This document shows positions 19,700-30,681 of a DNA stretch of 64,000 nucleotides, in pieces. Under the pieces are notes generated by a model that was given only the letters and a program-made list of their open reading frames with translations, was not told the DNA's origin and did no database searches. Numbering within the stretch: position 1 is the first letter of the stretch; the number at the start of each line of letters is the position of its first letter. This DNA comes from an uncultured Bacteroides sp. (GTDB taxonomy: Bacteria > Bacteroidota > Bacteroidia > Bacteroidales > Bacteroidaceae). A program made the translations under genes and the position numbers. The DNA lies in the NCBI GenBank assembly GCA_949285075.1, contig CASDXF010000008.1, positions 29,559-93,558 on the forward strand, read 5' to 3'.

Positions 19700-20425
19700 T
19701 TAATTATCTATATTTAAATCAATTTCTATAATCCGCCGTTGAGAAATATACTCATTGGTTACATCGACGACGCTATGAGCGGCGCAGCAATACACACGCC
19801 CCGGATACTCCCGCAACAGGTGTAAATTGTGCGTCGTCATTATCACCAACGAGCCCGATTTGCAAATATTATGCAAAAGTTCAACAATAGCCCTTCCTGT
19901 CTCAACATCCAAATTTCCTGTAGGCTCATCCGCTAAAATAATAGTAGGAGAATTAAGCATCGCACGGGCTATGACAATGCGCTGTTGTTCTCCTCCAGAA
20001 AGTTCATTCGGATACTTATAACCTTTGTTAGACATTCCCACCAACCGAAGCACTTCTTCTATACGTTCCTTTATTTTACGTCTGCTATTCCAACCTGTAG
20101 CCTGAAGTACAAACTCCAGATTACTATAGACAGAACGATCCGTCAACAATTGAAAATCCTGAAATACGATTCCTAATTGCCTTCTTAACAAAGGAATATA
20201 TTTGCGTTTTATAGAACGCATATCGTATCCCAGCACTTCCGCTTCTCCATGTTCAATATCTAATTCTCCATAAATCGTTTTCAGCAAGCTCGTTTTTCCA
20301 GAGCCAACCTTCCCAATCAAATAAACGAACTCCCCTTTATGTAGCTCCAAATTAACATTCTCCAATACCGCAAATTCCTGTTGGCGAATTTCTACATTCT
20401 TATATCGGATTAATGCTTCTTCCAT
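19700..20425 (-). CDS. ftsE: Cell-division ABC ATPase FtsE
   Basis: [40 protein letters not shown]. Confidence 0.85.
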   Translation of the reverse strand: MEEALIRYKNVEIRQQEFAVLENVNLELHKGEFVYLIGKVGSGKTSLLKTIYGELDIEHGEAEVLGYDMRSIKRKYIPLLRRQLGIVFQDFQLLTDRSVYSNLEFVLQATGWNSRRKIKERIEEVLRLVGMSNKGYKYPNELSGGEQQRIVIARAMLNSPTIILADEPTGNLDVETGRAIVELLHNICKSGSLVIMTTHNLHLLREYPGRVYCCAAHSVVDVTNEYISQRRIIEIDLNIDN

Positions 20426-21021
20426 GTGTCACTATGCCTCTCTCGCAATTCACGAGCAAGGTCTTCAATTCGATATCCCTTCAAAGTCAACAACACAATT
20501 AAATGATAAATCAAATCAGCGCCTTCATATATCAAGCGCTCGTCAGTACCATTTGTCGCTTCAATCACTGTCTCTACGGCTTCCTCTCCTACCTTCTGGG
20601 CAATCTTGTTAACTCCCGCCTGAAACAGACTGGTCGTGTAGGACCCTTCCGGCATTTCTTGGCGACGCTTGTCTATGAAATCCTGCAACTCTTTCAGAAA
20701 CATCAGCGGCTCCTCGTTCTTATCGCCCCAACAGGTATCAGCGCCTGTATGACAAACCGGACCTACCGGATTCACCTGAATCAGCAGCGTATCATTATCA
20801 CAATCGGCCTTAACGGAAACAACGTTCAGAAAATTGCCGCTTTCCTCGCCCTTAGTCCACAAACGCTGTTTCGTACGGCTGAAGAAAGTAACCTTACCCG
20901 TCTCTATCGTTTTATTATAGGCTTCCTCGTTCATGAAACCAAGCATCAACACCTTGCGTGTTTCATTATCTTGTATAATAGCCGGAACGAGTCCGTCCAT
21001 TTTGCCAAAATCCAATTCCAT
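20410..21021 (-). CDS. hisIE: Bifunctional phosphoribosyl-AMP cyclohydrolase / phosphoribosyl-ATP pyrophosphatase
   Basis: WTKGEESGN, DCDND, CHTG, KVGEEAVE. Confidence 0.96.
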   Translation of the reverse strand: MELDFGKMDGLVPAIIQDNETRKVLMLGFMNEEAYNKTIETGKVTFFSRTKQRLWTKGEESGNFLNVVSVKADCDNDTLLIQVNPVGPVCHTGADTCWGDKNEEPLMFLKELQDFIDKRRQEMPEGSYTTSLFQAGVNKIAQKVGEEAVETVIEATNGTDERLIYEGADLIYHLIVLLTLKGYRIEDLARELRERHSDTWKKH

Positions 21022-21066
21022 CTTCTTATGTTTATATTTATATAACTTACAACAGAGAATTAAACA

Positions 21067-21825
21067 CTAAGCCATACGCACCGGAATACACTGAGCGCAA
21101 AGATACGACTTTAATTCGGGAATCTTGATTTCTCCGAAGTGAAAAACACTGGCAGCCAATGCCGCATCCGCTTTTCCCTCTAAAAAGACATCACGAAAAT
21201 GCTCTTTCGCGCCCGCTCCCCCTGACGCTATCACCGGAATCGAGAGTCCGTCCGTCAACGCAGCCAAAGCGTCATTCGCATAACCGTTCTTTACACCGTC
21301 ATGATTCATACTTGTAAACAGGATTTCTCCCGCTCCTCTCTCCTGAGCCTCTTTAGCCCACGAGAAAAGCACCTTGTCAGTTTTCACCCGTCCTCCATTC
21401 AAATAACAAGTCCATTCAGCCGAATCGTACTTCGCGTCAATAGCCAATACACAAACCTGAGAACCAAAGTGCTTGGCTATCTCATCTATCAACTGAGGAT
21501 TACGGATAGCGGATGAGTTTATCGAAATCTTATCAGCTCCGGCGTTCAACAAACGTTCTACGTCACCCAACTCATTAATGCCGCCACCTACTGTAAACGG
21601 AATGCTGATATTGGCGGCAATCCGTTTCACCAATTCCGCAAACGTTTTCCGGCCTTCATAACTTGCCGTAATATCCAAGAACACCAATTCGTCGGCTCCT
21701 TGCTCGCTATAGGCGCGTCCCAGCTCCACCGGGTCTCCCGCTTTACGCAGATTGACAAAGTTCGTCCCCTTTACGGTCTGACCGTCCTTAATATCCAAAC
21801 ACGGTATAATTCTTTTCGCTAACAC
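21067..21825 (-). CDS. hisF: Imidazole glycerol phosphate synthase cyclase subunit
   Basis: [27 protein letters not shown]. Confidence 0.96.
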   Translation of the reverse strand: MLAKRIIPCLDIKDGQTVKGTNFVNLRKAGDPVELGRAYSEQGADELVFLDITASYEGRKTFAELVKRIAANISIPFTVGGGINELGDVERLLNAGADKISINSSAIRNPQLIDEIAKHFGSQVCVLAIDAKYDSAEWTCYLNGGRVKTDKVLFSWAKEAQERGAGEILFTSMNHDGVKNGYANDALAALTDGLSIPVIASGGAGAKEHFRDVFLEGKADAALAASVFHFGEIKIPELKSYLCAQCIPVRMA

Positions 21826-21858
21826 TCTTCCAACAATTTATTTTCTATACCTTCTGAA

Positions 21859-22578
21859 TCATAAAAAAGCCCTCAAGCCTTTCATCGTTATCTTTCCTTC
21901 ATAAAGAGCCTTACCAAAAATCACTCCCGAAACGTCCGCCTCATTCAAGGCCACGATATCGTCTATCGTCCCTACTCCACCGCTCGCAATCAGATACAAA
22001 TCGGGAAATTTCTCCCGAATGTCTCTATACAGTTCAAGCGAAGGTCCTTTCAGCATTCCGTCGCGGCTAATGTCCGTGCATATCACCTTACGCACCCCTT
22101 TATCGGTATAATCGTCCAAGAAAGGGAAGAGCTCGCAAGCGCTTTCATCCTTCCAGCCATTAACGGCTATCTTGCGTTCCTTAACGTCGGCCCCAAGAAT
22201 AATGCGGTCACTGCCGTACTTGTCTAACCAACGGCAGAACAAAGCAGGGTCTTTTACCGCCACGCTTCCCCCCGTCACCATCTGAGCACCGCTCTCAAAA
22301 GCTATTCTCAAATCCTCGTCGCTCTTCACTCCCCCTCCAAAGTCAACAACCAAAGAAGTGCGAGTGGCGATGCGCTCCAATACCCGGAAGTTCACCACGT
22401 GCCGGGAAGCGGCCCCGTCCAAGTCTACCACATGCAGCCTGCGTATGCCGCACGCCTCGAACTCCTTCGCCACTTCCACGGGATTCTCATTGTAAACTTT
22501 CTTGCTCTCATAGTCTCCTTGAGAAAGCCGCACGCACTTTCCGTCAATGATATCTATCGCAGGAATAATCTCTATCAT
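21859..22578 (-). CDS. hisA: ProFAR isomerase
   Basis: IPAIDIIDGKCVRL, HVVDLDGA, TDISRDG. Confidence 0.96.
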   Translation of the reverse strand: MIEIIPAIDIIDGKCVRLSQGDYESKKVYNENPVEVAKEFEACGIRRLHVVDLDGAASRHVVNFRVLERIATRTSLVVDFGGGVKSDEDLRIAFESGAQMVTGGSVAVKDPALFCRWLDKYGSDRIILGADVKERKIAVNGWKDESACELFPFLDDYTDKGVRKVICTDISRDGMLKGPSLELYRDIREKFPDLYLIASGGVGTIDDIVALNEADVSGVIFGKALYEGKITMKGLRAFL

Positions 22579-22622
22579 GAATTTATCTATTTAATGATTC
22601 ATCGCCCTTTCATCGAGACGGA

Positions 22623-23213
22623 TTACAAGCTGAGGAAATTATCCAATATGCGCTCGCCCACCTTTCCGCTTTTTTCCGGATGAAACTGGGTAGCGTAAAA
22701 GTTATCTTTATGAAGCGCCGCGCTAAAAGGATGAATATAGTCCGTCTCAGCCGCCATGAATTCACAAACAGGCACATAGAAGCTGTGCACAAAGTAGACG
22801 TACTCTTCGTCCGAGAACCCTTTGAACAGTCCGCCGTTCACTTTCCCTATCGTGTTCCATCCCATGTGGGGCACTTTATCTTCATGCCTCAGCGACACGA
22901 AGCGCTTGACATCCACATCGAAAATCCCCAGACAGTCGACCTCTCCCTCTTCCGAATGGCGGCACATCAACTGCATGCCCAGACAAATGCCCAGAACCGG
23001 TTGGCTAAGCTCCTTAATCACGCTATCCAATCCGGTCGCCTTCAAATAGGTCATTGTGGTCTCGGCCTCTCCAACCCCGGGGAAAATCACCTTGTCGGCG
23101 GACAGAAGCGTCTCCTTATCGGCCGTCACCGTAGCCTCCACCCCCAAGCGCCTCAAGGCATAGTCTACGGAACGGATATTCCCCGCGTTATATTTTACTA
23201 TCGCAACCTTCAT
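22623..23213 (-). CDS. hisH: Imidazole glycerol phosphate synthase glutaminase subunit
   Basis: PGVG, GICLGMQ, HMGWN, QFHPEKS. Confidence 0.96.
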   Translation of the reverse strand: MKVAIVKYNAGNIRSVDYALRRLGVEATVTADKETLLSADKVIFPGVGEAETTMTYLKATGLDSVIKELSQPVLGICLGMQLMCRHSEEGEVDCLGIFDVDVKRFVSLRHEDKVPHMGWNTIGKVNGGLFKGFSDEEYVYFVHSFYVPVCEFMAAETDYIHPFSAALHKDNFYATQFHPEKSGKVGERILDNFLSL

Positions 23214-24070
23214 CAGCTAAAAATCACCGTTTTATTCTTATAAGCGAGTATCTTGCGCTCAATGTGCTTTTGCACCGCACGCGAAAGCACAATCTTCTCA
23301 AGGTCTTTTCCTTTGTTCACCAAGTCCTCTACGGCATCCTTATGCGTAATGCGCACTACGTCCTGCTCTATGATAGGCCCCGCGTCCAGCTCTGTCGTTA
23401 CATAGTGGCTCGTCGCCCCTATAATCTTCACCCCTCTCTCGAAAGCCGCGTGATAAGGCCTCGCGCCCACAAAAGCGGGCAAAAAAGAATGATGAATATT
23501 GATAATCTTATTCGGATACACGTCAATCATCTGCTTTGAAATCACTTGCATATAGCGCGCCAAAACGATGAAAGAGACCTTATATTTAGCCAACAGCTCC
23601 AGTTCCTTGCGTTCTTGCTCTTCCTTCGTCTCCTTCGTAATGGGGAACAGATAGAAAGGAATGCCAAAGCGTTCGGCTACATGCTGCAAGTCGGGATGAT
23701 TGCTTATGATAAGGGGAATATCCACATTCCACTCTCCCGCGGTATAACGCGCCAACATATCAAAAAGGCAATGGGACAACTTGGAAACAAAAATAGCCAT
23801 GCGGGGTTTTATATCCGAGAAATAAAGCCGAAAGTCCATCCCGTACTTTTGCGCATAAAGCGTCCTGAAATAATCCTCTATCTTTTCCCTCGGGATTAGA
23901 AAGTCCTTCAACTCCCATTCGATGCGCATAAAAAATATGTTTTCCACATGGTCTACATATTGGTCCAAATAGACGATATTTCCTTTGTTCACTGTAATGA
24001 AATCCGTTACCTCAGCAAGGATTCCCGGCCTATCAGGGCAATGCAATAGCAGCTTGGCGGTAGTCATCAT
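23213..24070 (-). CDS. purU: Formyltetrahydrofolate deformylase
   Basis: CPDRPG ACT domain, LARYMQ, INIHHSFLPAF, GATSHYVT. Confidence 0.96.
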   Translation of the reverse strand: MMTTAKLLLHCPDRPGILAEVTDFITVNKGNIVYLDQYVDHVENIFFMRIEWELKDFLIPREKIEDYFRTLYAQKYGMDFRLYFSDIKPRMAIFVSKLSHCLFDMLARYTAGEWNVDIPLIISNHPDLQHVAERFGIPFYLFPITKETKEEQERKELELLAKYKVSFIVLARYMQVISKQMIDVYPNKIINIHHSFLPAFVGARPYHAAFERGVKIIGATSHYVTTELDAGPIIEQDVVRITHKDAVEDLVNKGKDLEKIVLSRAVQKHIERKILAYKNKTVIFS

Positions 24071-24313
24071 TATTCTTAACTCTTACAAATTCTATTTTTA
24101 TAAAAAGCGTTTTCTCCTTTTTTGTTTGCAAAAATAACGATTTACTGCAAATCTGCGAATTTTTAAAGCATGAAGTTGATATAAAACCGTGACTTATTAC
24201 AAATAGACACCTATAGAATCTTCTCAGACAAAAAGATGTCGCTCCATAATGAAATAGCTCTTTCATTAGAGCTTGCGCAGAATAAGAAACATGGCCTTTT
24301 ACCATCAACGGAC

Positions 24314-24568
24314 TAAGGGACTGATGTTTAAGTTTCGCCGGGATTATTTTGAAGGAGTCTTTCAAGCATGCGCTTTCGCTTCCGCAACGAGAAAGGTCCA
24401 CGCTAATCACTCTTCTCCATTTGTCAGGCCGCCCTGCGGCTCGCGAGAAACAGCCCTGCGGCTCACGAGAAACAGGGCAGCGGCTCACGAGAAACAGGGC
24501 TGTTTCTCAAGCGAGAAGTAAAGCGTTGAAAATAAAGCATTTCACGCACGCAAGAAGAACAGGCTCTA
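24314..24568. mobile_element. Short MITE-like element containing a 22-bp CTC(G/A)CGAG array
   Basis: Right end AACAGGCTCTA (24558-24568) matches the 5.6-kb MITE TIR; degenerate left end taagggactgatgtttaagttt; three to four 22-bp units at 24431-24515. Confidence 0.55.
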
Positions 24569-24603
24569 AACTCTTACTCGACATAACGCCTATTGATAAT
24601 ACG

Positions 24604-25812
24604 CTACAAATCCTGCAATATCTGCCTATTTGCATTGTCTATAACAGAATTGTCCAAAGAAGCCAAATAGATTAATGTTGTATTTTCCGAATCGTGGCCC
24701 ATACTCTCGCTAATTACCGAAAGAGGTATGTTCTTACTTTTTGCCACGCTAGCCCAAGAATGCCTCGCGACATACATCGTCAAACTTACCGGATAATTTA
24801 TCATACGCGACAAATCTTTCAATCTTCGGTTTACGAGATGAAGAGCATTGATATATTGTCTTCTTTCATTGCCTTTCAGCCTTATAATCGGCAACAAATA
24901 GTCAGTCTCGCTCTGGGCATATTTATCAATTATTTCCTGCATGCACTTCTCCCATCTTATAAAAAGTCGCTGTCCCGTCTTTTTCCTACGATACCTTAAA
25001 ACCCCGTCCTGAATATCGTCCTTTCTCAAATAAGAAATATCCACGAACGACATTCCCCTCGTATAAAAACTAAATAAAAAAACATCCCTAGCGAAATCAA
25101 GAGACGAATCAAGAGAAAGATCCAACTTCTTAATCCGCTTGAGCACTTCAAAAGGGATGGAACGCTTTAACGTCTTTTCCACTCCCGTATAAACAGCTCT
25201 GAACGGATAACTTTGCATAACGAGCTCCTCCTCTACAGCACGATTATATATGGCACGTAAAACACGCATATAAAATGAATTCGTGTTCAACGAAACACCT
25301 TCTCCGCTCAAATAGTCAGCATAAAGAGCCATCTGCTCTGCCGTTATCTCACTCAAACGAATATCACGGCCTTTACGAAAACGCATAAAGCTCCTCAATG
25401 CAGACTTATAAATCTCCGAAGTGCGAATTCTTCCTGATTCTTCCAAACGCAAAACAATCTTCTGCCCAAAGTGCAAAAAAGACTGACAAGACACGCGTTC
25501 ATAAAATAAGTTTACTATATCATCCGTTGTATACCCTACTCCACGTAGCTCTAGCGAGGACACTATTCCATCCAACAAAAGAGTGTCGGATTTTATCTCG
25601 TTTTGTATAAAACGTATATCCGTCCAACGCTGAGCTCCCGGAGCCGAGGAAGAATAGACTACACTACCAGAACGCTCGTCCCATTCCGTAGCAAAAATAC
25701 GATAGCTAGTATTAATATGACGAACAATACGGTCATGAATCAACTGATAGTACACCACTCCCTTCTTACCCGCTACAGTAGAAGGCCTAAACTTAATCTT
25801 AACTGAAGTCAT
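24604..25812 (-). CDS. Tyrosine recombinase/integrase (Bacteroides type with N-terminal arm-like and SAM-like domains)
   Basis: Catalytic R (TRGM), K (RKKT), YVARHSW (Y for H), MGH and Y (TTLIY); N-terminus SVKIKFRPS...YYQLIH typical of Bacteroides site-specific recombinases. Confidence 0.92.
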   Translation of the reverse strand: MTSVKIKFRPSTVAGKKGVVYYQLIHDRIVRHINTSYRIFATEWDERSGSVVYSSSAPGAQRWTDIRFIQNEIKSDTLLLDGIVSSLELRGVGYTTDDIVNLFYERVSCQSFLHFGQKIVLRLEESGRIRTSEIYKSALRSFMRFRKGRDIRLSEITAEQMALYADYLSGEGVSLNTNSFYMRVLRAIYNRAVEEELVMQSYPFRAVYTGVEKTLKRSIPFEVLKRIKKLDLSLDSSLDFARDVFLFSFYTRGMSFVDISYLRKDDIQDGVLRYRRKKTGQRLFIRWEKCMQEIIDKYAQSETDYLLPIIRLKGNERRQYINALHLVNRRLKDLSRMINYPVSLTMYVARHSWASVAKSKNIPLSVISESMGHDSENTTLIYLASLDNSVIDNANRQILQDL

Positions 25813-26045
25813 TTTTATTCTGTTTTTTAATTAAACCCATAGAAAACATAATAAAAAACTTCATTAGCCATACTGATAGGCAAAAAAAACTTCCTTTATT
25901 TACAAGACAAATATTTCCGCAATCTCAGTCTACGTCTACGGGAATACGCATACAATCGCTCATGAACTTATATATTGCGGTAAAAAATATAATAGGATAA
26001 CAGAACGCTTTGAGAACCTTCAATACAAAAGATATATAAAATTAA

Positions 26046-26121
26046 AACGCCTTAGCAAGAAATTTCCCGCTAAGGCGTACAAATATTTATCTCCATCCAA
26101 TAATCCCGATGGATTATTGGA
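26046..26121 (-). terminator. Two hairpins downstream of tsf
   Basis: ACGCCTTAGC...GCTAAGGCGT with A-tract on + strand; perfect TCCAATAATCCC-gat-GGGATTATTGGA. Confidence 0.65.
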
Positions 26122-26135
26122 CAATTATACTTTTA

Positions 26136-26960
26136 TTACTCAGCCCTTAAAGTATAACGCTTAAACGCAGTTACAGTCAAATCCTTGTCCTGAGCTTTCA
26201 AATAATCCGCTACTGTCATTTTAGCATCCTGAATATACTCCTGCTTCAATAAACAAACTTCCTTATAGAATTTGCCTATACGCCCCATAGCGATTTTTTC
26301 AATCATATTCTCAGGCTTACCTTCCTGACGAGCCTTATCAGCAGCGATCTCCTTTTCTTTCTCCAATATATCAGCCGGAACATCTTTCTCATCAATAGCC
26401 AACGGATTCATAGCCGCAATCTGCATAGCTATTTCATGACCAATCTTCTCATCAACCTCCTTGTTCAACACCACCATTGTACAAAGAAAATTCTTCCCCT
26501 GATGATTATAAACAGAAATCGAAGGACCTTCTACTGTCGCATACCCATCTAACTCCATCTTTTCACCAGTAATGCCACTTCTATCTGTCACAGCCTGAGC
26601 AACAGTAACATCTCCTAAAGATAAAGCCTTAACCTCATCCAGAGTTCTACACTTATTAGCAATAGCCGCATCCAGAATATCTTGGGTTAGCTTAACAAAA
26701 TCTGCATTCTTCGCAACAAAATCCGTTTCACATTTCAAAGCAATCATTGCACCAAAACCATCGACAGCCTTTGCTAACACACAGCCTTCAGAAGCCTCAC
26801 GATCAGAACGTTTCGCAGCAACCGCTTGTCCCTTTTCGCGAATAATCTTCATCGCCTTGTCGAAATCCCCCTCCGCATCAGTCAAAGCGTTCTTGCAATC
26901 CATCATACCAGCTCCTGTCATCTTACGAAGCTTAGTAATATCAGCCATTGTTACAGCCAT
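26136..26960 (-). CDS. tsf: Elongation factor Ts
   Basis: LRKMTGAGMMDCK, CETDFVA, AMQIAAMNP. Confidence 0.97.
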   Translation of the reverse strand: MAVTMADITKLRKMTGAGMMDCKNALTDAEGDFDKAMKIIREKGQAVAAKRSDREASEGCVLAKAVDGFGAMIALKCETDFVAKNADFVKLTQDILDAAIANKCRTLDEVKALSLGDVTVAQAVTDRSGITGEKMELDGYATVEGPSISVYNHQGKNFLCTMVVLNKEVDEKIGHEIAMQIAAMNPLAIDEKDVPADILEKEKEIAADKARQEGKPENMIEKIAMGRIGKFYKEVCLLKQEYIQDAKMTVADYLKAQDKDLTVTAFKRYTLRAE

Positions 26961-27090
26961 AATATTCTCTATTTTTATTTTTAAGATTCGTTTATAAAAA
27001 AGTAACCAAACAATAACAAATAGATAAAAAGGCAGTCATGCAGGCGCTGCCATTCAATGAATGGCAACGCATTGACTACCTATTATCTCA

Positions 27091-27927
27091 TTATGCCTCT
27101 TCATCTTCCTTAATGAACGCAGCGGCCTTAGACGCATTTATAGCTTCTTCATCAGATTTATCCAAGCGCGCTCTCGCCATTCTCTTCTTACCCTTATTTG
27201 CAGAAGCTTCACCGGCTGCCTCCAGATCAACTTTTTCCGCCTTTCTCTCTTCCAATCCCTCCTGCATAGCAGCGCAACAAGCATCTAAAATCACTTCGAC
27301 CGACTTCGTTGCGTCATCGTTAGCCGGAATTACAAAATCAATGTTCGTCGGGTCCGAATTAGTGTCAACAATGCCAAAAACAGGAATGCCTAAACGATTA
27401 GCTTCACGAACCGCAATATTCTCCTTCATAACATCAACAATAAACAATGCTGACGGCAAACGAGTAAGATCAGCGATAGAACCTAACGTTTTATCCAACT
27501 TCGCACGTTGACGAGAGATTTGAAGAATTTCCCTCTTAGATAGATTGGCGTAAGTACCATCATTGGTCAACTTATCAATAGTAGCCATCTTTTTCACAGC
27601 TTTGCGAATTGTCGGAAAGTTAGTCAACATACCTCCCGGCCAACGCTCAATAACATAAGGCATACTCACAGACTGCGCCTTTTCTGCGACAATCTGTTTC
27701 GCTTGTTTTTTAGTAGCAACAAAAAGAACTTTTTTCCCTGACTTAGCAATTTGTTTCAAAGCTTCAGCAGCTTCATCTATTTTCGCAACAGTCTTATATA
27801 AATCAATGATATGAATACCGTTACGCTCCATAAAAATATAAGGAGCCATTGCCGGATTCCACTTTCTTTTAAGATGTCCAAAGTGACATCCCGCTTCTAA
27901 TAATGTATCAAAATTTACTCTTGACAT
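27091..27927 (-). CDS. rpsB: 30S ribosomal protein S2
   Basis: AGCHFGH, WPGGMLTNF, DTNSDP, PANDD; start trimmed to MSRVNF. Confidence 0.97.
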   Translation of the reverse strand: MSRVNFDTLLEAGCHFGHLKRKWNPAMAPYIFMERNGIHIIDLYKTVAKIDEAAEALKQIAKSGKKVLFVATKKQAKQIVAEKAQSVSMPYVIERWPGGMLTNFPTIRKAVKKMATIDKLTNDGTYANLSKREILQISRQRAKLDKTLGSIADLTRLPSALFIVDVMKENIAVREANRLGIPVFGIVDTNSDPTNIDFVIPANDDATKSVEVILDACCAAMQEGLEERKAEKVDLEAAGEASANKGKKRMARARLDKSDEEAINASKAAAFIKEDEEA

Positions 27928-28130
27928 TTCTTTTTTCTTTAAATCGTTTACTTTCTTTTCTGTTTTTAAAACCAACCGTCGGGTAGTCTAAATGAGTCCC
28001 GAAAGTTTAGATACTAAACGCTTTTTCGTTTTTCAAGTCTTTAAAATTCAAACTATAAATTTCCGTGTCCAAAGGAAACTTATCAGTTCAACTCATCAAC
28101 AGCGAACCCAAAGAACTACTGAAACTCAAA

Positions 28131-28517
28131 TTAACGTTTACTAAATTGGAATCTTTTACGAGCTTTCGGACGTCCCGGTTTCTTACGTTCAACAGCGCGC
28201 GGGTCACGAGTCATAAAGCCTTCCGCACGAAGAACCGATTTATCCTCCGCATTAATCTTAACCAACGCACGAGCGATCGCCAAGCGCAAAGCCTGTGATT
28301 GTCCCGTAAAACCACCACCGCATAAATTCACCTTAATGTCATATTTATCCGCAACGCCCAATTTAGTTAATGGCTGCTTCACTACATATTGAAGAATAGA
28401 CGATGGGAAATACTCGCTGAGATCCCTCTTATTTATAGTTATCTTCCCTGTACCTTCGCTGACAAATATGCGTGCGATAGCGCATTTACGCCGACCTAAT
28501 GCATGTACTATTTCCAT
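28131..28517 (-). CDS. rpsI: 30S ribosomal protein S9
   Basis: GRRK, GGGFTGQ, ERKKPG, QFSKR. Confidence 0.98.
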   Translation of the reverse strand: MEIVHALGRRKCAIARIFVSEGTGKITINKRDLSEYFPSSILQYVVKQPLTKLGVADKYDIKVNLCGGGFTGQSQALRLAIARALVKINAEDKSVLRAEGFMTRDPRAVERKKPGRPKARKRFQFSKR

Positions 28518-28523
28518 TATATC

Positions 28524-28985
28524 TTATTTATATGAATTAATATCAATCATTTTGGGATTTTGCCCTTGATGTTTATGCTCGCTTCCCGCATAAACATATA
28601 AATTTCCCAATAATTTAGCGCCCAGTTTATTTTTAGGCAACATACCTTTCACCACCTTTTTCAATAGTCTTTCCTCACCGTTCGGCTTAGCCATCAAACG
28701 AGCCGGAGTTATTTCTCTCTGTCCACCAGGATAACCCGTATATGACAGATAGATTCTATCCGTCCATTTCTTTCCGGTCAGTTTCACTTTGTCTGCGTTA
28801 ATAATAATCACATTATCACCGCAATCTACATGAGGAGTAAAGTTCGGTTTGTACTTTCCTCTTAACAATTTTGCAACTTTCGCGCCTAAACGTCCCAACA
28901 CTTGGTCCGTAGCGTCGACAATGACCCATTCTTTAGTCACCGTCATTTTGTTTGCTGAAATGGTCTTGTAACTTAAAGTATCCAC
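28524..28985 (-). CDS. rplM: 50S ribosomal protein L13
   Basis: LGRL, GKYKPNFTPHVDCGD, GYPGG, GMLPKN. Confidence 0.98.
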   Translation of the reverse strand: MDTLSYKTISANKMTVTKEWVIVDATDQVLGRLGAKVAKLLRGKYKPNFTPHVDCGDNVIIINADKVKLTGKKWTDRIYLSYTGYPGGQREITPARLMAKPNGEERLLKKVVKGMLPKNKLGAKLLGNLYVYAGSEHKHQGQNPKMIDINSYK

Positions 28986-29258
28986 TCTTAATTTGTTTTA
29001 ATTGTTACTACTAATCTTCACCGCTCGCCAACTTCCCCGGACAAAGGGTTGCTAACTTGCTATGAATTAATTCCTTATTTTTTAATAATAATTGGCCTGC
29101 AAAAGTACAGCTTTTCTTTGATATAGCAAATTATTTCTATCGTTTTTATTATTACGCCCTATCCTCTACTCACATCCACATTATAATAATATAAAAGGAT
29201 ATGGAAGAAAAGCCCGCATAATTAAATTATACGGGCACGGCATCAAAAACGGCAATTA

Positions 29259-30662
29259 TTAAAATTCCGCATTTTTCGGCGTACGCGGAAAAGGTATCAC
29301 ATCCCGAATATTCGACATACCCGTTACAAACAACAACAAGCGCTCAAATCCGAGCCCAAAGCCTGAATGAGGACAAGAGCCAAACTTACGAGTATCCAAA
29401 TACCACCACATATCCTTCATCGGAATGCCCAATTCCTTAATACGAGCCAACAGTTTCTCATAATCAGCCTCACGTTCAGAGCCACCTATAATCTCACCGA
29501 TTTTCGGGAAAAGAACATCCATAGCACGTACCGTCTTTCCATCTTCATTCTGCTTCATATAGAAAGCTTTGATTTCTTTCGGATAATCAGTCAGAATTAC
29601 CGGCCGTTTGAAATGTTCTTCCACCAAATAACGTTCATGCTCAGAAGCCAAATCCACGCCCCAATAAACCGGAAACTCGAACTTATGCCCTTTAGCTACC
29701 GCTTCCTCCAGAATCTTAATCCCGTCCGTGTAAGCTAAACGGACAAAGTCTTCCTTCAGTACGCCCAGCAGACGTTCAATCAGTCCTTTGTCGAACATAT
29801 CGTTCAAAAACTTCACGTCATCGGCGCAGTTATCCAAAGCCCATTGTACGCAATACTTGATAAACTCTTCCGCCAAATCCATATTGTCGGCTATATCATT
29901 GAAAGCCACCTCAGGCTCTATCATCCAAAACTCCGCCAAATGACGGGGAGTATTGGAATTCTCGGCACGGAAAGTAGGACCGAACGTATAAATGGCTCCC
30001 AAAGCCGTAGCGGCCAGTTCTCCTTCCAATTGCCCCGAAACTGTCAGGCTTGCCTGTTTCCCGAAAAAATCGTTATCATATACGATAGAACCGGCCTCAT
30101 TTTTCTTCAAGTCATACAGATTCATCGTGGTGACTTGGAACATTTGCCCGGCTCCTTCACAATCGGAAGCTGTGATAATCGGAGTATGGAAATAGAAAAA
30201 GCCTCTATCGTGAAAAAACTTATGGATGGCTATAGCCATATTATGACGAATGCGGAACACCGCCCCAAAAGTATTGGTACGCGGGCGCAAATGGGCTATC
30301 TCACGCAAAAACTCCATGGAGTGCCCTTTCTTCTGCAATGGATATGTATTATCGCAAGTGCCTAGCACGTCTATTTCACGAGCCTGAATCTCCACCTTCT
30401 GTCCAGAGCCCACAGATTCCACCATCACTCCGTTGACGCTCAAACACGCTCCCGTAGTAATCAGCTTCAGCAAATCCTCGTTGAAATTGGCCAAATCGAC
30501 TACGATTTGTACATTATTGATTGTAGAACCGTCGTTCAGCGCAATGAAGTTTACCTGCTTACTACCTCTGCGAGTACGAACCCAACCTTTCACATTGACC
30601 GTCGCACCAAAGTCCTCTCGCTTCAGTAGGTCAATAATCTTTGTTCTACCAATTTTCTCCAT
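29259..30662 (-). CDS. asnS: Asparagine--tRNA ligase
   Basis: [38 protein letters not shown]; start trimmed to MEKIGR. Confidence 0.97.
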   Translation of the reverse strand: MEKIGRTKIIDLLKREDFGATVNVKGWVRTRRGSKQVNFIALNDGSTINNVQIVVDLANFNEDLLKLITTGACLSVNGVMVESVGSGQKVEIQAREIDVLGTCDNTYPLQKKGHSMEFLREIAHLRPRTNTFGAVFRIRHNMAIAIHKFFHDRGFFYFHTPIITASDCEGAGQMFQVTTMNLYDLKKNEAGSIVYDNDFFGKQASLTVSGQLEGELAATALGAIYTFGPTFRAENSNTPRHLAEFWMIEPEVAFNDIADNMDLAEEFIKYCVQWALDNCADDVKFLNDMFDKGLIERLLGVLKEDFVRLAYTDGIKILEEAVAKGHKFEFPVYWGVDLASEHERYLVEEHFKRPVILTDYPKEIKAFYMKQNEDGKTVRAMDVLFPKIGEIIGGSEREADYEKLLARIKELGIPMKDMWWYLDTRKFGSCPHSGFGLGFERLLLFVTGMSNIRDVIPFPRTPKNAEF

Positions 30663-30681
30663 AAAATACCTTATAATATGA

